Positions 50,680 to 62,091 of a DNA stretch of 64,000 nt are shown here, in pieces (the stretch's first letter is position 1; each line of letters opens with the position of its first letter). The translations under genes were made by a program, and so were the position numbers. The notes under the pieces are model-generated. The model made no database searches and was not told the origin of the DNA. It saw only the letters and a list, made by a program, of their open reading frames with translations. The DNA comes from Narcine bancroftii. Taxonomy: Eukaryota. Where the stretch lies: contig NC_091469.1 in NCBI RefSeq assembly GCF_036971445.1, forward strand, positions 417,074,001 through 417,138,000. Direction: 5' to 3'.

Positions 50680-52510
50680 AAGCTTGGAACATTACAGCAC
50701 AGCACAGGCCTTTTGGTCCTTGATATGCTGACCTACAAATATATTCCTACCAAAAAAATATGAAACCCTTCCTACCTCGTAACACTTTATTCCATGTGTC
50801 TAAGAGTCTCTTCAATGCCTCACCACCACCCCTGACAATGCATTCCAGGCACCCACAATTCTCTGTTTTTTTAAAAAAATATATTAACCCTGATGTCTCC
50901 CCTAAACTTACCTCTCTTCACTTTGTACATCTGTCCTCTGGTGTTTGCTATTTCTGCCCTGGGATGCTGGCTGTCCACTTTATCTATGCCTCTCAGAATC
51001 TTGTAGACCTATTAAGTCACTTCTCATACTTCTTCAGTCCTAGATCTGCTAACCTTGCCTAATGAGACTTATTTTCTAATCCAGGCAACATCATGATAAA
51101 TATCCTCTGTATCCTCTCCATAGCTTCCACATCCTTCCATAAATGAGGTGACCAAACATGAACACGATAAGCGTGGTCTCACCAGAGATTCATGGAGTTG
51201 CAACATGACCTCTCAACCCTTGAACTCAAATCCCTCTTCTAATGAAGCTCAGCATTTCATGGCTTTCTTAACTATCAACCTCCACAGCAACCTTGACAGA
51301 GAGATGGATTTGGACCAGGTTCATTACCTAGTACTAGATCTAGTATGGCCTATCCTCTCATCATCCAGTCCACATACTTTGTCAGGAATCCTTCTTGGAC
51401 ACATCTGACAAATTCTATCCCATCTATTCCTCTTGCAGTCAGGAGTTGCCAGTCAATATTAGGAAGTTGAAGTCTCCAATATCAGCAACCCTGTAATTTT
51501 TGCACCATTCCAAAATCTGCCTTATTATCTCTTCCTCAGATCCTGAGGGTTATTTGGTGGCATATATTCTACTCCCAGTTATTGCTCCCTTCCTATTTCT
51601 GACTTCCACCCACACCGACTCACTAGAAGTTCCCTCTCTCAGCATCCTTCCTTTCTACAGCCCTGATACTATCCCTGACTGGTAATGCTACTCCCCTCCC
51701 CCTCTCTGACCTCTCATCCTATTCTTTATAAAACACCTAAACCCCAGTGCCTGCATAACCAATCCTGTCCTTCCACCAGCCAAGAATCTATAATGCCCAC
51801 AACATCGTAATTCCACTTATTGATCCATGTTCCAAGTTCACCTCCTTTATTCCTAACTCCTTGCATTGAATTAGACACATTTCAAACCCTTCAACTGACT
51901 ACATTTATGGTTCATCTTCTGCCTGGCCTTCCTCACAAATCATGAACACAATGCATCATCCTTTTTCACCTTCTCCCCTATTCTCTGCACTCACATTCTG
52001 GTTCCCATCCCCCTGTCAAACTAGTTTGCTCTAGCAACCCAGTCCGCTAGGGTATTGGTCCCTTTCCAGTTCAGGTGCAGCCTGTCATTTTGTAGAGGTC
52101 AGACCTTCCCCAGAAAGATCCCAATGATCCACAAATCTGACTCCCTGTTCCTGACACCAATTCTGCAGCTACACATTCATCTGCCACAAAGTCCTATTCC
52201 TACTCTCACTGGTGCATGGCTTAGGCAGCAATCCCGAGATTACCACCCTTGAGATTTTCATTTTCTTTCCTAACTCCCTATATTTCCCCCTTCTGGTTCC
52301 CATCCCTACTCCTATCAATGTCATTGGTACCAAAGTGGACTATGGCATCAGGCTGCTCACCCTCGTGATTAAGAATGTTGTGGACCCTGACCCTGGCACC
52401 ATCCAGGAGTCTTGAGTTCATAGAACCTCCTATCTGTTCACCTAACTATTGAATCCCTAATCACTATCGCTCTCCTCTACTCCCCCCTTTCCTTCTGAGC
52501 TGAAGGGCCA
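50680..52510 (-). mobile_element. Degraded CR1 pieces (3' end and ORF1-ORF2 junction)
   Basis: 3' end aacattacagcacagcacaggcc; endonuclease remnants (gdfnf, vvgiidsw) on the minus strand. Confidence 0.7.
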
Positions 52511-53889
52511 GACTTCAAGGAACTCGTGTCCTAGTGTGAAACTTGATGGTGCCATAGAATCGTACAGCATGGAATAAGGCCATCAGGCCCATTATATCTA
52601 TGCGTACTAATAGGCACTCATTCGTTCTAAACCCATCTTATAGCACTTGACCCATAGCCTTCTGTGCCCAGGTGATGTAAGTGCTTATATTGATATTTGA
52701 AGATTTTATCTAGTTAAATGTAAAATTACTGATTTCAGATCACCTGACTATTATGAAAGTGAGAAGAATGAATAATCAAAATACTGTTATCGTCTCGTCA
52801 AAAGTCAGTTTCATGAGAGGTTGTGAGATTAAAAATTGCACTTCACCCATAGTATGTGGTCATATCTATGGAATAATTAAAGCATTGTTGCTCTCTTTCT
52901 GTCTCTGCAGCACTGTCTAAGCTGTGGGTGTGGGTGTGCATGCGCACACGTTTTGCAACAAGTGCACAAAGGTGAGTTCCCTAAAATAAAGCAGTTCAAA
53001 GTATAGAATAAAATCTTAAATAACTACATTACTTAATGGAATGCAATCATACTTGTATTATATAAAACATGCCAATAGTTTTATTATCCATGAGAGATAG
53101 GCTGTGCCAAAATGATCTTGAAACAATTTCAAGTCTACAATTGGACAAGCATTCAATGTGCACATACTTTTGTCACAGGAAAAAAATTGCTCTATGTAAG
53201 ATTTTTGTGCACACTGACGACTAAAAATGAGAGGGAACATTGCTATGCAGTCCTTTATTTATTGTTGAAACATGAATATTATAACAACTATTTGTATATC
53301 TTTGCACTAACACTGATAGAAGATGAAACAATTCACTCTCAAGATAATATTTTATAATATGGGGGTACCTGAAATTAAAGGAAAGATCGAAAATTCTGAT
53401 ATAATGATCAAAACCATTTTTAATGTTTGATCATTTATTCAATTTTTCCCCACATTATGGGCACACAAAATTATTTTACTTAGAACAAATAATATACCCT
53501 GACCATCTTTTCAGCAACAAAATCCCCCTTTTACCTAAGTTTACATTTAATATTTAAGCCCAGATTTTTCTGAATTGGGCCTTGTATCCTGTCATTTCGA
53601 TTTGCTATTGCCATTCACTTGCTTGGGTAAGAATTATATGGCCAAATGAGCTATCAAAGAGCATCCTGGACACAGCATGGCACCAGAACCTCAACCAATG
53701 TAAATGGATAACTTGGGTCATCCCAGGACAAGGGCCAACCATGAATCTGCAGATTAAATATTTAATGCAGACTTGCTAAGCTCCTGGCATTGCAATCAAC
53801 ACTATCAAATGTATGGCATTCTTTTGAATATCTCTGGCGTTGAGAATCATTGATGAACTGTTAAAATTTAAAAGATTATTCAAACTTTC

Positions 53890-54070
53890 TAGGTGGTTTC
53901 CGCCTGACAGAGTGAAACCATGGACAGACATGTTGCAAGGGAATGGGGTGGAGAAATGGCTTGCCACTGGGAGATCCATTCTATTGTGTCCAGTCTCTCC
54001 GATGTGGGAGTTGGTGGGTTTGTAGAAAATGTCTGTCACAAAGTTGTCTCTCAAGGTGGAAATGGAATAA
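53890..54070 (-). mobile_element. Penelope fragment
   Basis: TDIFYKPTNSH|IGETGH..DLPVASHF in ORF 53776..54171. Confidence 0.7.
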
Positions 54071-54117
54071 TCAAAAAGAATTAACAAGTGAAGAAACAAA
54101 TTATTTTTAAAGTGAAA

Positions 54118-54955
54118 AGAAGATTCAGATTCAGATTTTATTGTCAGAGTACATACATTGCAAGTAGGCAACCTGGGAGGATGGCCCTACTTGCTTGCTG
54201 TCAATCATCAGCCCATAAAAAGACTCGTGTCGGCCCCTTTGGTAGTCAGTCAAGCACATGGAGCCAAGAATGTACAGAGACCAGTGTGTACAAGTTTAAG
54301 CAGATTAAAGCCTGTTTGTACAGTTTATGAACTTTGTGTCTGAATTCTTTGCACACTGTGTAATACAGAGGAAAATAAATCAAAGAGTGCTAAAGTAAGA
54401 GTTCTTAAATAAGTCCCTGATTGAGTTTGTTCTTGAGGAATCTGATGGTGGAGGGGTAGAGCTGTTCCTGAACCTAGTGGTAGCAGCAAGAACAGTTTGT
54501 GTGCTAGGTGGCGTGGATCCTTGGTAGCTGCTGCTCTCTGACATCAGAGTTCCCTGCAGATGTTCTCGATGGTGAAGAGGCTGTGATGTCCTGGGCTGTG
54601 TCCAATATCTTTGCAGGGTTTTTTGCTCAGGGGCTTTGGTGTCCCCATATCAAGACCATAATGCAGCTGGTCAGCACACTTTCCACCACACATCTGTATA
54701 AATTTGCCAGGGTTTACAATGTCATGCCAAACCTCCACAAACTCCTGAGGAAGTAGAGGCACTGATGTGCTTTCTTCTTGATGACATAGGTATGTTGGGT
54801 CCAGGAAAGATCCTCCAAGATAGTGACTCACAGGAACTTAAATTTGTTTACCCTCTCTACCTCTAATTACCCTTGCTGGTCAACAATCAGCTCCAGAGTT
54901 TTGGTGACATTGAGTGCGAGGTTGTTGTTGGTGCACCATTAAGCCAATTTTCAGC
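54118..54955 (-). mobile_element. Rex1/Babar 3' fragment
   Basis: agattcagattc tail; homologous to 7785-8640. Confidence 0.8.
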
Positions 54956-55489
54956 CACAACTGTGGGTTGTATAAAAGTAATGGCATAAAAAAAAACTTT
55001 TAAGTGATTAAGTGTTACTACAAACTTATTTTTTTAATTACTTATTTTATTTTTCACTTTCTTCATAGCGGTAATATTTAATTGAACCTAATAAGCTTGC
55101 AGATCCTGCGACCTTTCATAAAATCAGGGATTTCATACTCCACCCTTGAGCTCCATGCAGAGTTCAGAACCAAAGATTTGGTAGCTGAAATCCATCAAGA
55201 AGTTAGTAATTGGATGTGTAGATCCAGCAACATTCTCTGTGAAGATGTGGCCTAATAAAATAATGTTTTGCATCTTAATCCTCTGTTCTATTTCATGTTA
55301 TTGATATTTATATAATTAACAGTGTTTGACAAAGATGAGGTTGTAAGGTTTTTATAATTGTATCCATTGAACACAATAGGATATGAAGATCCTACCATAA
55401 GAAGGATCTGAGCAATATTGATATTATCGAACAAATGTTTAAGCATTATCCAATGTCATTAGAAATATATAATTATAAGTAGTGATTAT

Positions 55490-56135
55490 CCCACTGCTCT
55501 ACTCTCTGTAAAGCTGTGACTGTGTGGCTAGCACAATTCAAATGCCATCAACAAATTTGCCAATATACACTGGTTCTCGGTGGAATCACAGACAGCAATG
55601 AGGATACGTACAGGAATGAGAGAGATTGGCTAGTTGAGTGGTGTCAAAATAACAACCTGAACTCAATATTAGCAAAACCCAGGAACTGATTGTGGACCAA
55701 GAAGGGGAACCAGGAGAACAGAAACCAGTCCTCATCATATTCCAGGGTGTCAACATCGCTGAAGATCGATCCTGGGGCCTCCATGTTGATACAATCAGGG
55801 TTAGTCTGTATTAGGGTAACTGTGGAGGGGGGGCACAATCTGACATTCAAAAACGCGTTCAGTGAGGGGGGTGGTGGTGGTGGTGCCTACCTGTCATGAA
55901 CCTTCTCCATTTGCTGCTGTCACACTTCCCCCTCCCTCCGAAGTAACAGACAAACGCGCTACTTATATTGCATGGAAACTAGTGACATTACTGACACTAG
56001 TGCTGTGGGTGGGGGGCATTATAACTCATTTAGGGGGCATTACCCACTAATGCCTCCCTTGGTGCCAGCCGTGGATACAATAATGAAGAAAACTCACTAG
56101 TGACTACACCATTAGGAATTTGAGAGCATTTGTTC
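55490..56135 (+). mobile_element. Rex1/Babar fragment split by a MITE
   Basis: pllysl, inkfa, lnisktqelivd remnants; continues after 56081. Confidence 0.65.
55796..56073. mobile_element. hAT-type MITE, 278 bp, with 8-bp TSD
   Basis: GATACAAT|CAGGGTTAG...CCAGCCGTG|GATACAAT; degenerate CAGGGCTGG-type TIR. Confidence 0.8.
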
Positions 56136-56620
56136 TATCACCAAAGACTTTTGCACATTTCGGCAGGTGTTGAAACCAATTTGGCAGGGAGATGGGAACC
56201 AGAATGTGAATGCAGAGAATAGGGAGATGGGAACCAGAATGTGAGTACAGAGAATAGGCAGAAGGTGGAATAGGGTTTGTGAGGAAGGGCAGGCAGGGGA
56301 GGAAGTACAAATGTAGTTAGTGGGATGGTTTGAAATGTGTTTATTTTAATGCAAGGAATATTTGAAATAAAGAAGATGAACTTAGAGCATGGAATTACAA
56401 TGTTGTGGGCATTACAGAGACTTGGCTGGTGGAAGGACAGGATTGGCTGATGCAAGTACCATGGTTTAGGTCTTTTGAGAAAAATAGAATGGGAGGTAAG
56501 AGAGGAAGGAATATAGCATTACTGGTCAGCAATAGTATTACAGCTAAAGAAAGGGAGGATGCTGTCGAAGGAGTATCTATTGATTTGGCATGGATGGAAG
56601 TCAAAAATAGGAAGGGAGAC
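56135..56620 (+). mobile_element. CR1 ORF1/ORF2 junction fragment containing a 35-bp tandem duplication
   Basis: GITETWLVEGQDW..QVP endonuclease; agggagatgggaaccagaatgtga.t.cagagaat occurs twice (56186-56257). Confidence 0.75.
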
Positions 56621-58095
56621 TAAATTATTTCTCTTTTATATGGAAAAATAAATATCCCCATTAAAAAAAAAATTCTCTCCAAAATACTAAGAGAAATGGG
56701 GGCTTGGTATTACCTAATTTGAGACTTTATTACTGGTCAGCGAACATTAGCTATATCATCATGAATATTCAGGTAGCTCAAGATGGATTGATTTTGAGAT
56801 TGAATCCATTAAAAGGCACTCTTATCTCAATTCTTGGAGCACATTTGCCTTTTTCACTCTCCAAACTAAATGATAATTTCATAGTTAGACATACTTTGCA
56901 TATTTGGTCCCAATTGAGAAAGCATTTGGTTATCATAGATTTTTATTAAATAGCCCAATTTTACGTAATTTTTTTACCCTTGGTTCAAGACATTGGATAA
57001 ACTCAATGGTCCACGTTAGGTATTCATTCTTTCTTGGACTTATACATAGACCAAAACCTTACCTCTTTTGAGTAATTATCTGCTAAATTTAAATGACTTA
57101 ATCAACATTTCTTTCACTATTTACAGATTAGGAGTTTCTTAAACTTCTTAAATTTGATGCTTCCCCAAGATTTAGATATTAATCTTATTTGGGAAGTATA
57201 TAATTTTAGACCTAATCAGAAAGGACTGCTTTCAGCCCTTTATGAACTACTTTTAAGATTTAGTGATAGTTCTTGATCTAACATTAAGAAAACTTGAGAA
57301 CATGACTTTCAACAACTGTTTGCTAAAGATACATGGGAGTCTATTTTGAACAATGTACATTCATTCTCTCTCTGTGTTAGACATTCCTTATTACAATTTA
57401 AAGTAGTCCATAGGACCCAGTATTCCAAATTAGCTAAATTTTACCCCAATATATCCTCTAAATGTGATAAGTGTACAACTCAGAAAGGTACTTGACATCA
57501 TATGTTCTGGCTATGCCCCTCCCTTTAATTCTTGATATAAATCTCTCTCCGACCCCTTTTATTGCTATTTTTGGAATAAATGGATGTAATTTTGACTCCA
57601 CCTCAATCCCATATGGATGTTTTTGCTTCCCTGATTGCTAGAAAGCTTATTTTGCTGCAGTGGAAAGATGTTGTCCCTCCCACACATATACAATGGTTAT
57701 TGGATTTGATGGCACCCCTCTCTCTAGAGAAAATGAGGTGCTCAACTACTAAAATGAGTAAAAATTTCTTTGGGGCTCTTTTTTCAAAATTTATAGATCA
57801 ATTATTTTTGCTTTTTATGAAATTTTTTTTTCATTTTCTTCATTTTGTGAATGATTAGTATTGAAATTAGTAGTTGATGCCTGGCTTTGATTATAATCAC
57901 TCAAATTTTGGGGTTGGGGTTAGAAATTACATTAGTTATGTTTTTTCTTTTATCTTTATCTTTTTTATCAACAACATAGATCATATATACCTTGTTTACT
58001 ATCTGTACCTTTTGCTCACTCACAATTTATTAATTTTATCATTTTTCGATGATGGAATTTTTAATTTTAGCATGATTTTTATACAAAAGCAGTAA
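56621..58095 (+). mobile_element. L1/Tx1 ORF2 3' fragment and 3' UTR
   Basis: GGLVLPNLRLYYWSAN, LLQFKVVHR, KCDKC..HMFWLCP, ARKLILLQWK..LSLEKMR. Confidence 0.85.
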
Positions 58096-59299
58096 ACTGG
58101 GTCTCTGTTCCCTCAAGACCCCACAAACCCAAATTGCAAGCCCCCGAGCATAGATGGGATACCTTTGTGATAGAATTAGGAGTCAGCTTTCATTATTAAA
58201 TTAGATTATCTCAAACAAGTCAGTTAACACAGAGGACATTTTTGACCAATCTACAGTGAGTTGGAAAGGATTGACAATAACGTTTCAATTAATAGCGTTT
58301 GTACTTAAAACATATTTGAATAAAATACTTCACAAGATTTTTCACTTCAATTTAAATAAATAATAGGCCATTGCAAATATATTAATGAGGCTGACAAATT
58401 TCCACAGAAAACTGAGTTGGTATGCATTCATTTTTGCCACAGGATTTTGCACATATTTTGTAATTAACAGATTTTAGAATTTTTGGGTGTAATGCTGATA
58501 TCTGGTATGGTGAATGATTACTTGTGATGACTTAGTAATTTAATTATCTTTATGATTTCACTCTTATGAATTACTTGTACAATAATAACCAAATTGGCAC
58601 TTTGGTTCTTCCATGTTTCTTTCGCAAAGAGGATGTTACTTATCACTCATGCATAGAAATGAAAGAGTCTGGGATAAAGTCCTATTCAAAAATGCAATGC
58701 CATTTCTTTGTGATTGGCTAGAAATATTTTTGTAGGTAAGTCAATAGCATCACTGTTTTGTACCCTTGGACAAAATATTATTCTTACAGTACTCAGATGA
58801 CTACTCAGACAAAACCTCAACCAAATGTGGCAGACAAGATTATATAAAAACAGGTCAGAATCAAATTTTCAATCCTTTGGGGAATTTAATAATGACTCTT
58901 GACTTGCATGATGAGTAATTTACTTTGTAGATGATTTGAAATTAAAAAAAAAAATTCAAGTACAGTTCAGGCAAAATTGAGTAGCCTTCATGAAGAAGTG
59001 CAAGGTTAATGAAGCAGATTAATACATGCTATTTCAAATTTATGATTGTTTTGCAGTTGGAGAAAAAAATTGTACCATGTTAATAACATAACCTAAATAG
59101 AAGTAGATGATATCTTTAGGATTGGGCCAAAATCATGAGAGCAACGAATATTTAAAGCTCTCCAGCACTGCTTAAATGTGCATTATGGTTTGAGCAGATG
59201 CCTGACATTGTGGTGTAATATGACCTGCCATGGAAAAATGCATCATATGAGAGAGTGAGGTACAAGGTATTTGAATAATGAGTGAAAAATGAAAGTATG

Positions 59300-59600
59300 C
59301 AGATGCTGTAAAAACACACCGAAATGCAGGAGGAACTCGGATGGTCTTTTCAGTGTCTGAAGGAAACAAAGATATATTGCTGATGTTTTGGGCCTGATCC
59401 CTTCTTCAAGGAATAAGCAGAATAATCCAGAAGCAGGAAATCTCAAAAGTCTCAGAATTCAAACAATGGGGAAGGAATCCAGACCAACAAAAGCTGTTGG
59501 ATATGATAAGGGACAAGGTAATAATTTACCATGTCTGTGCAAAAGGAGACAGGGAATAGAGAGACAACGGGCGAAGAAGTGGGGGTGTGTAAGAGTTAAA
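59300..59600 (-). mobile_element. Penelope-type terminal repeat fragment
   Basis: Reverse complement reads ccttgaagaagggatcaggcccaaaacatc, followed by the ctcctgcatttcggtgtgt terminal motif. Confidence 0.6.
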
Positions 59601-59832
59601 ATGCATTTCATGCAAGCAAATTCTGTATGCAGCTTTCATCCTGTTGTTTACATATTATTTGAGTGAGTCTCCTAGCAACGTCTTTGAGTCAAGGTCTTAT
59701 GGTTTGTAACACATTAGTTTAATTTTCTTTGTTCTACAAAATGATAAAGAACTAGATTGTCCGATAATTTTTATTGAACATTTAACAAAGTTTTAGCATT
59801 GTCTAACAATGTTTAATGGCTTGTAACAATTT

Positions 59833-61193
59833 CTCTTCTCTTTGGCTTGGCTTCGCGGACGAAGATTTATGGAGGGGGTAAAAAGTCCACGTCAGCTGCA
59901 GGCTCGTTTGTGGCTGACAAGTCCGATGCGGGACAGGCAGACACGATTGCAGTGGTTGCAGGGGAAAATTGGTGGGTTGGGGTTGGGTGTTGGGTTTTTC
60001 CTCCTTTGCCTTTTGTCAGTGAGGTAGGCTCTGCGGTCTTCTTCAAAGGAGGTTGCTGCCCGCCAAACTGTGAGGCGCCAAGATGCACGGTTTGAGGCGA
60101 TATCAGCCCACTGGCGGTGGTCAATGTGGCAGGCACCAAGAGATTTCTTTAGGCAGTCCTTGTACCTTTTCTTTGGTGCACCTCTGTCACGGTGGCCAGT
60201 GGAGAGCTCGCCATATAACACGATCTTGGGAAGGCGATGGTCCTCCATTCTGGAGACGTGACCCATCCAGCGCAGCTGGATCTTCAGCAGTGTGGACTCG
60301 ATGCTGTCGACCTCTGCCATCTCGAGTACTTCGACGTTAGGGATGTAAGCGCTCCAATGGATGTTGAGGATGGAGCGGAGACAACGCTGGTGGAAGCGTT
60401 CTAGGAGCCGTAGGTGGTGCCGGTAGAGGACCCATGATTCGGAGCCGAACAGGAGTGTGGGTATGACAACGGCTCTGTATACGCTTATCTTTGTGAGGTT
60501 TTTCAGTTGGTTGTTTTTCCAGACTCTTTTGTGTAGTCTTCCAAAGGCGCTATTTGCCTTGGCGAGTCTGTTGTCTATCTCATTGTCGATCCTTGCATCT
60601 GATGAAATGGTGCAGCCGAGATAGGTAAACTGGTTGACCGTTTTGAGTTTTGTGTGCCCGATGGAGATGTGGGGGGGCTGGTAATCATGGTGGGGAGCTG
60701 GCTGATGGAGGACCTCAGTTTTCTTCAGGCTGACTTCCAGGCCAAACATTTTGGCAGTTTCCGCAAAGCAGGACGTCAAGCGCTGAAGAGCTGGCTCTGA
60801 ATGGGCAACTAAAGCGGCATCGTCTGCAAAGAGTAGTTCACGGACAAGTTTCTCTTGTGTCTTGGTGTGAGCTTGCAGGCGCCTCAGATTGAAGAGACTG
60901 CCATCCGTGCGGTACCGGATGTAAACAGCGTCTTCATTGTTGGGGTCTTTCATGGCTTGGTTCAGCATCATGCTGAAGAAGATTGAAAAGAGGGTTGGTG
61001 CCAGAACACAGCCTTGCTTCACGCCATTGTTAATGGAGAAGGGTTCAGAGAGCTCATTGCTGTATCTGACCCGACCTTGTTGGTTTTCGTGCAGTTGGAT
61101 AATCATGTTGAGGAACTTTGGGGGACATCCGATGCGCTCTAGTATTTGCCAAAGCCCTTTCCTGCTCACGGTGTCGAAGGCTTTCAATATAAA
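59833..61193 (-). mobile_element. Young 5'-truncated RTE-clade LINE (AviRTE-like C-terminus), uninterrupted ORF, 10-bp TSD
   Basis: ORF 59892..61223: KAFDTVSR, GVKQGCVLAPTLF, LLFADD, C-terminal CNHCNRVCLSRIGLVSHKRAC; short 3' UTR with agaag tail; GTAACAATTT at 59823-59832 and 61194-61203. Confidence 0.95.
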
Positions 61194-61269
61194 GTAACAA
61201 TTTATAGCAACTGATAATAACATTAACAGTGTCTAATAAATTCTGGAAAGTTCAACTCAATTTTAGTAT

Positions 61270-62090
61270 GGATTTGTTTGAATGAGATGGGAGTCAGACT
61301 TAGACACAACAATTGACGAACAACTCTGGTCAGATTTGTGTCAGGGATGTTTGTTACTATCAATGCCAGGTGTAGATTGGTCCATTATAATTTTCCCCAT
61401 CAACTGCACCTCACCCCACAGTAATTACATCAATATAAACCTGAAATATCAGAGATGTGCTTTAGGTGTGTATAGAGGTTGGTTCCTTTTTACATTCTAC
61501 CTGGCTTTGCATGACCTCTGTGACACCCTAACCAAGATCATGGGAGATTCCTTCCCAGTAGACCCAGAGCTTTGTTTTCTGGGGAACTTTACCACGATGG
61601 TAGATCACTAACTAATTTTCAAATTAAATTTACAGAAATTGCCTTATGTGTGGCCACGAAGTGCACTACAGTAACATGGAAGTCTGGTTCCCATCTCCTC
61701 ATGGTGGTCTTCGGAGATGAATAATTGTATCCCACCTGAAAAGGTCACATACAATCTCAGGAAGGGATATAACACCTTCCTAAAAATCTAGCAGCCTTAT
61801 TTAGGGCTTATAGGTGCCTCACTGGCACCAATATAGAATTATGATTGCCACTGGCTAGCCAGTAGACCTCTGTAAAGATTTTAACCCTGTGGTATTATCA
61901 TGTCTCCATACGTTTTACTGCACGCACTGACAATGGGATGATTTTTTTTTGTGTTTCTTCATTCTTTCTTTGTTTAAGAGGACTTATTAATAGGAGGGGG
62001 TGGAGGGAGGGGCTCTCCTGATGTTTTGTATTTGCTATGATTGTAGATTGTTAAATATATTGAAAATGATAAATAAAATATTTTAAAAAC
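61270..62090 (+). mobile_element. L1/Tx1 3' fragment with poly(A)-type end
   Basis: RWESDLDTTIDEQLWSDLC, CFRC remnant, PPEKVTYNLR; aataaa followed by an A-run near 62070-62089. Confidence 0.75.
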
Positions 62091-62091
62091 T

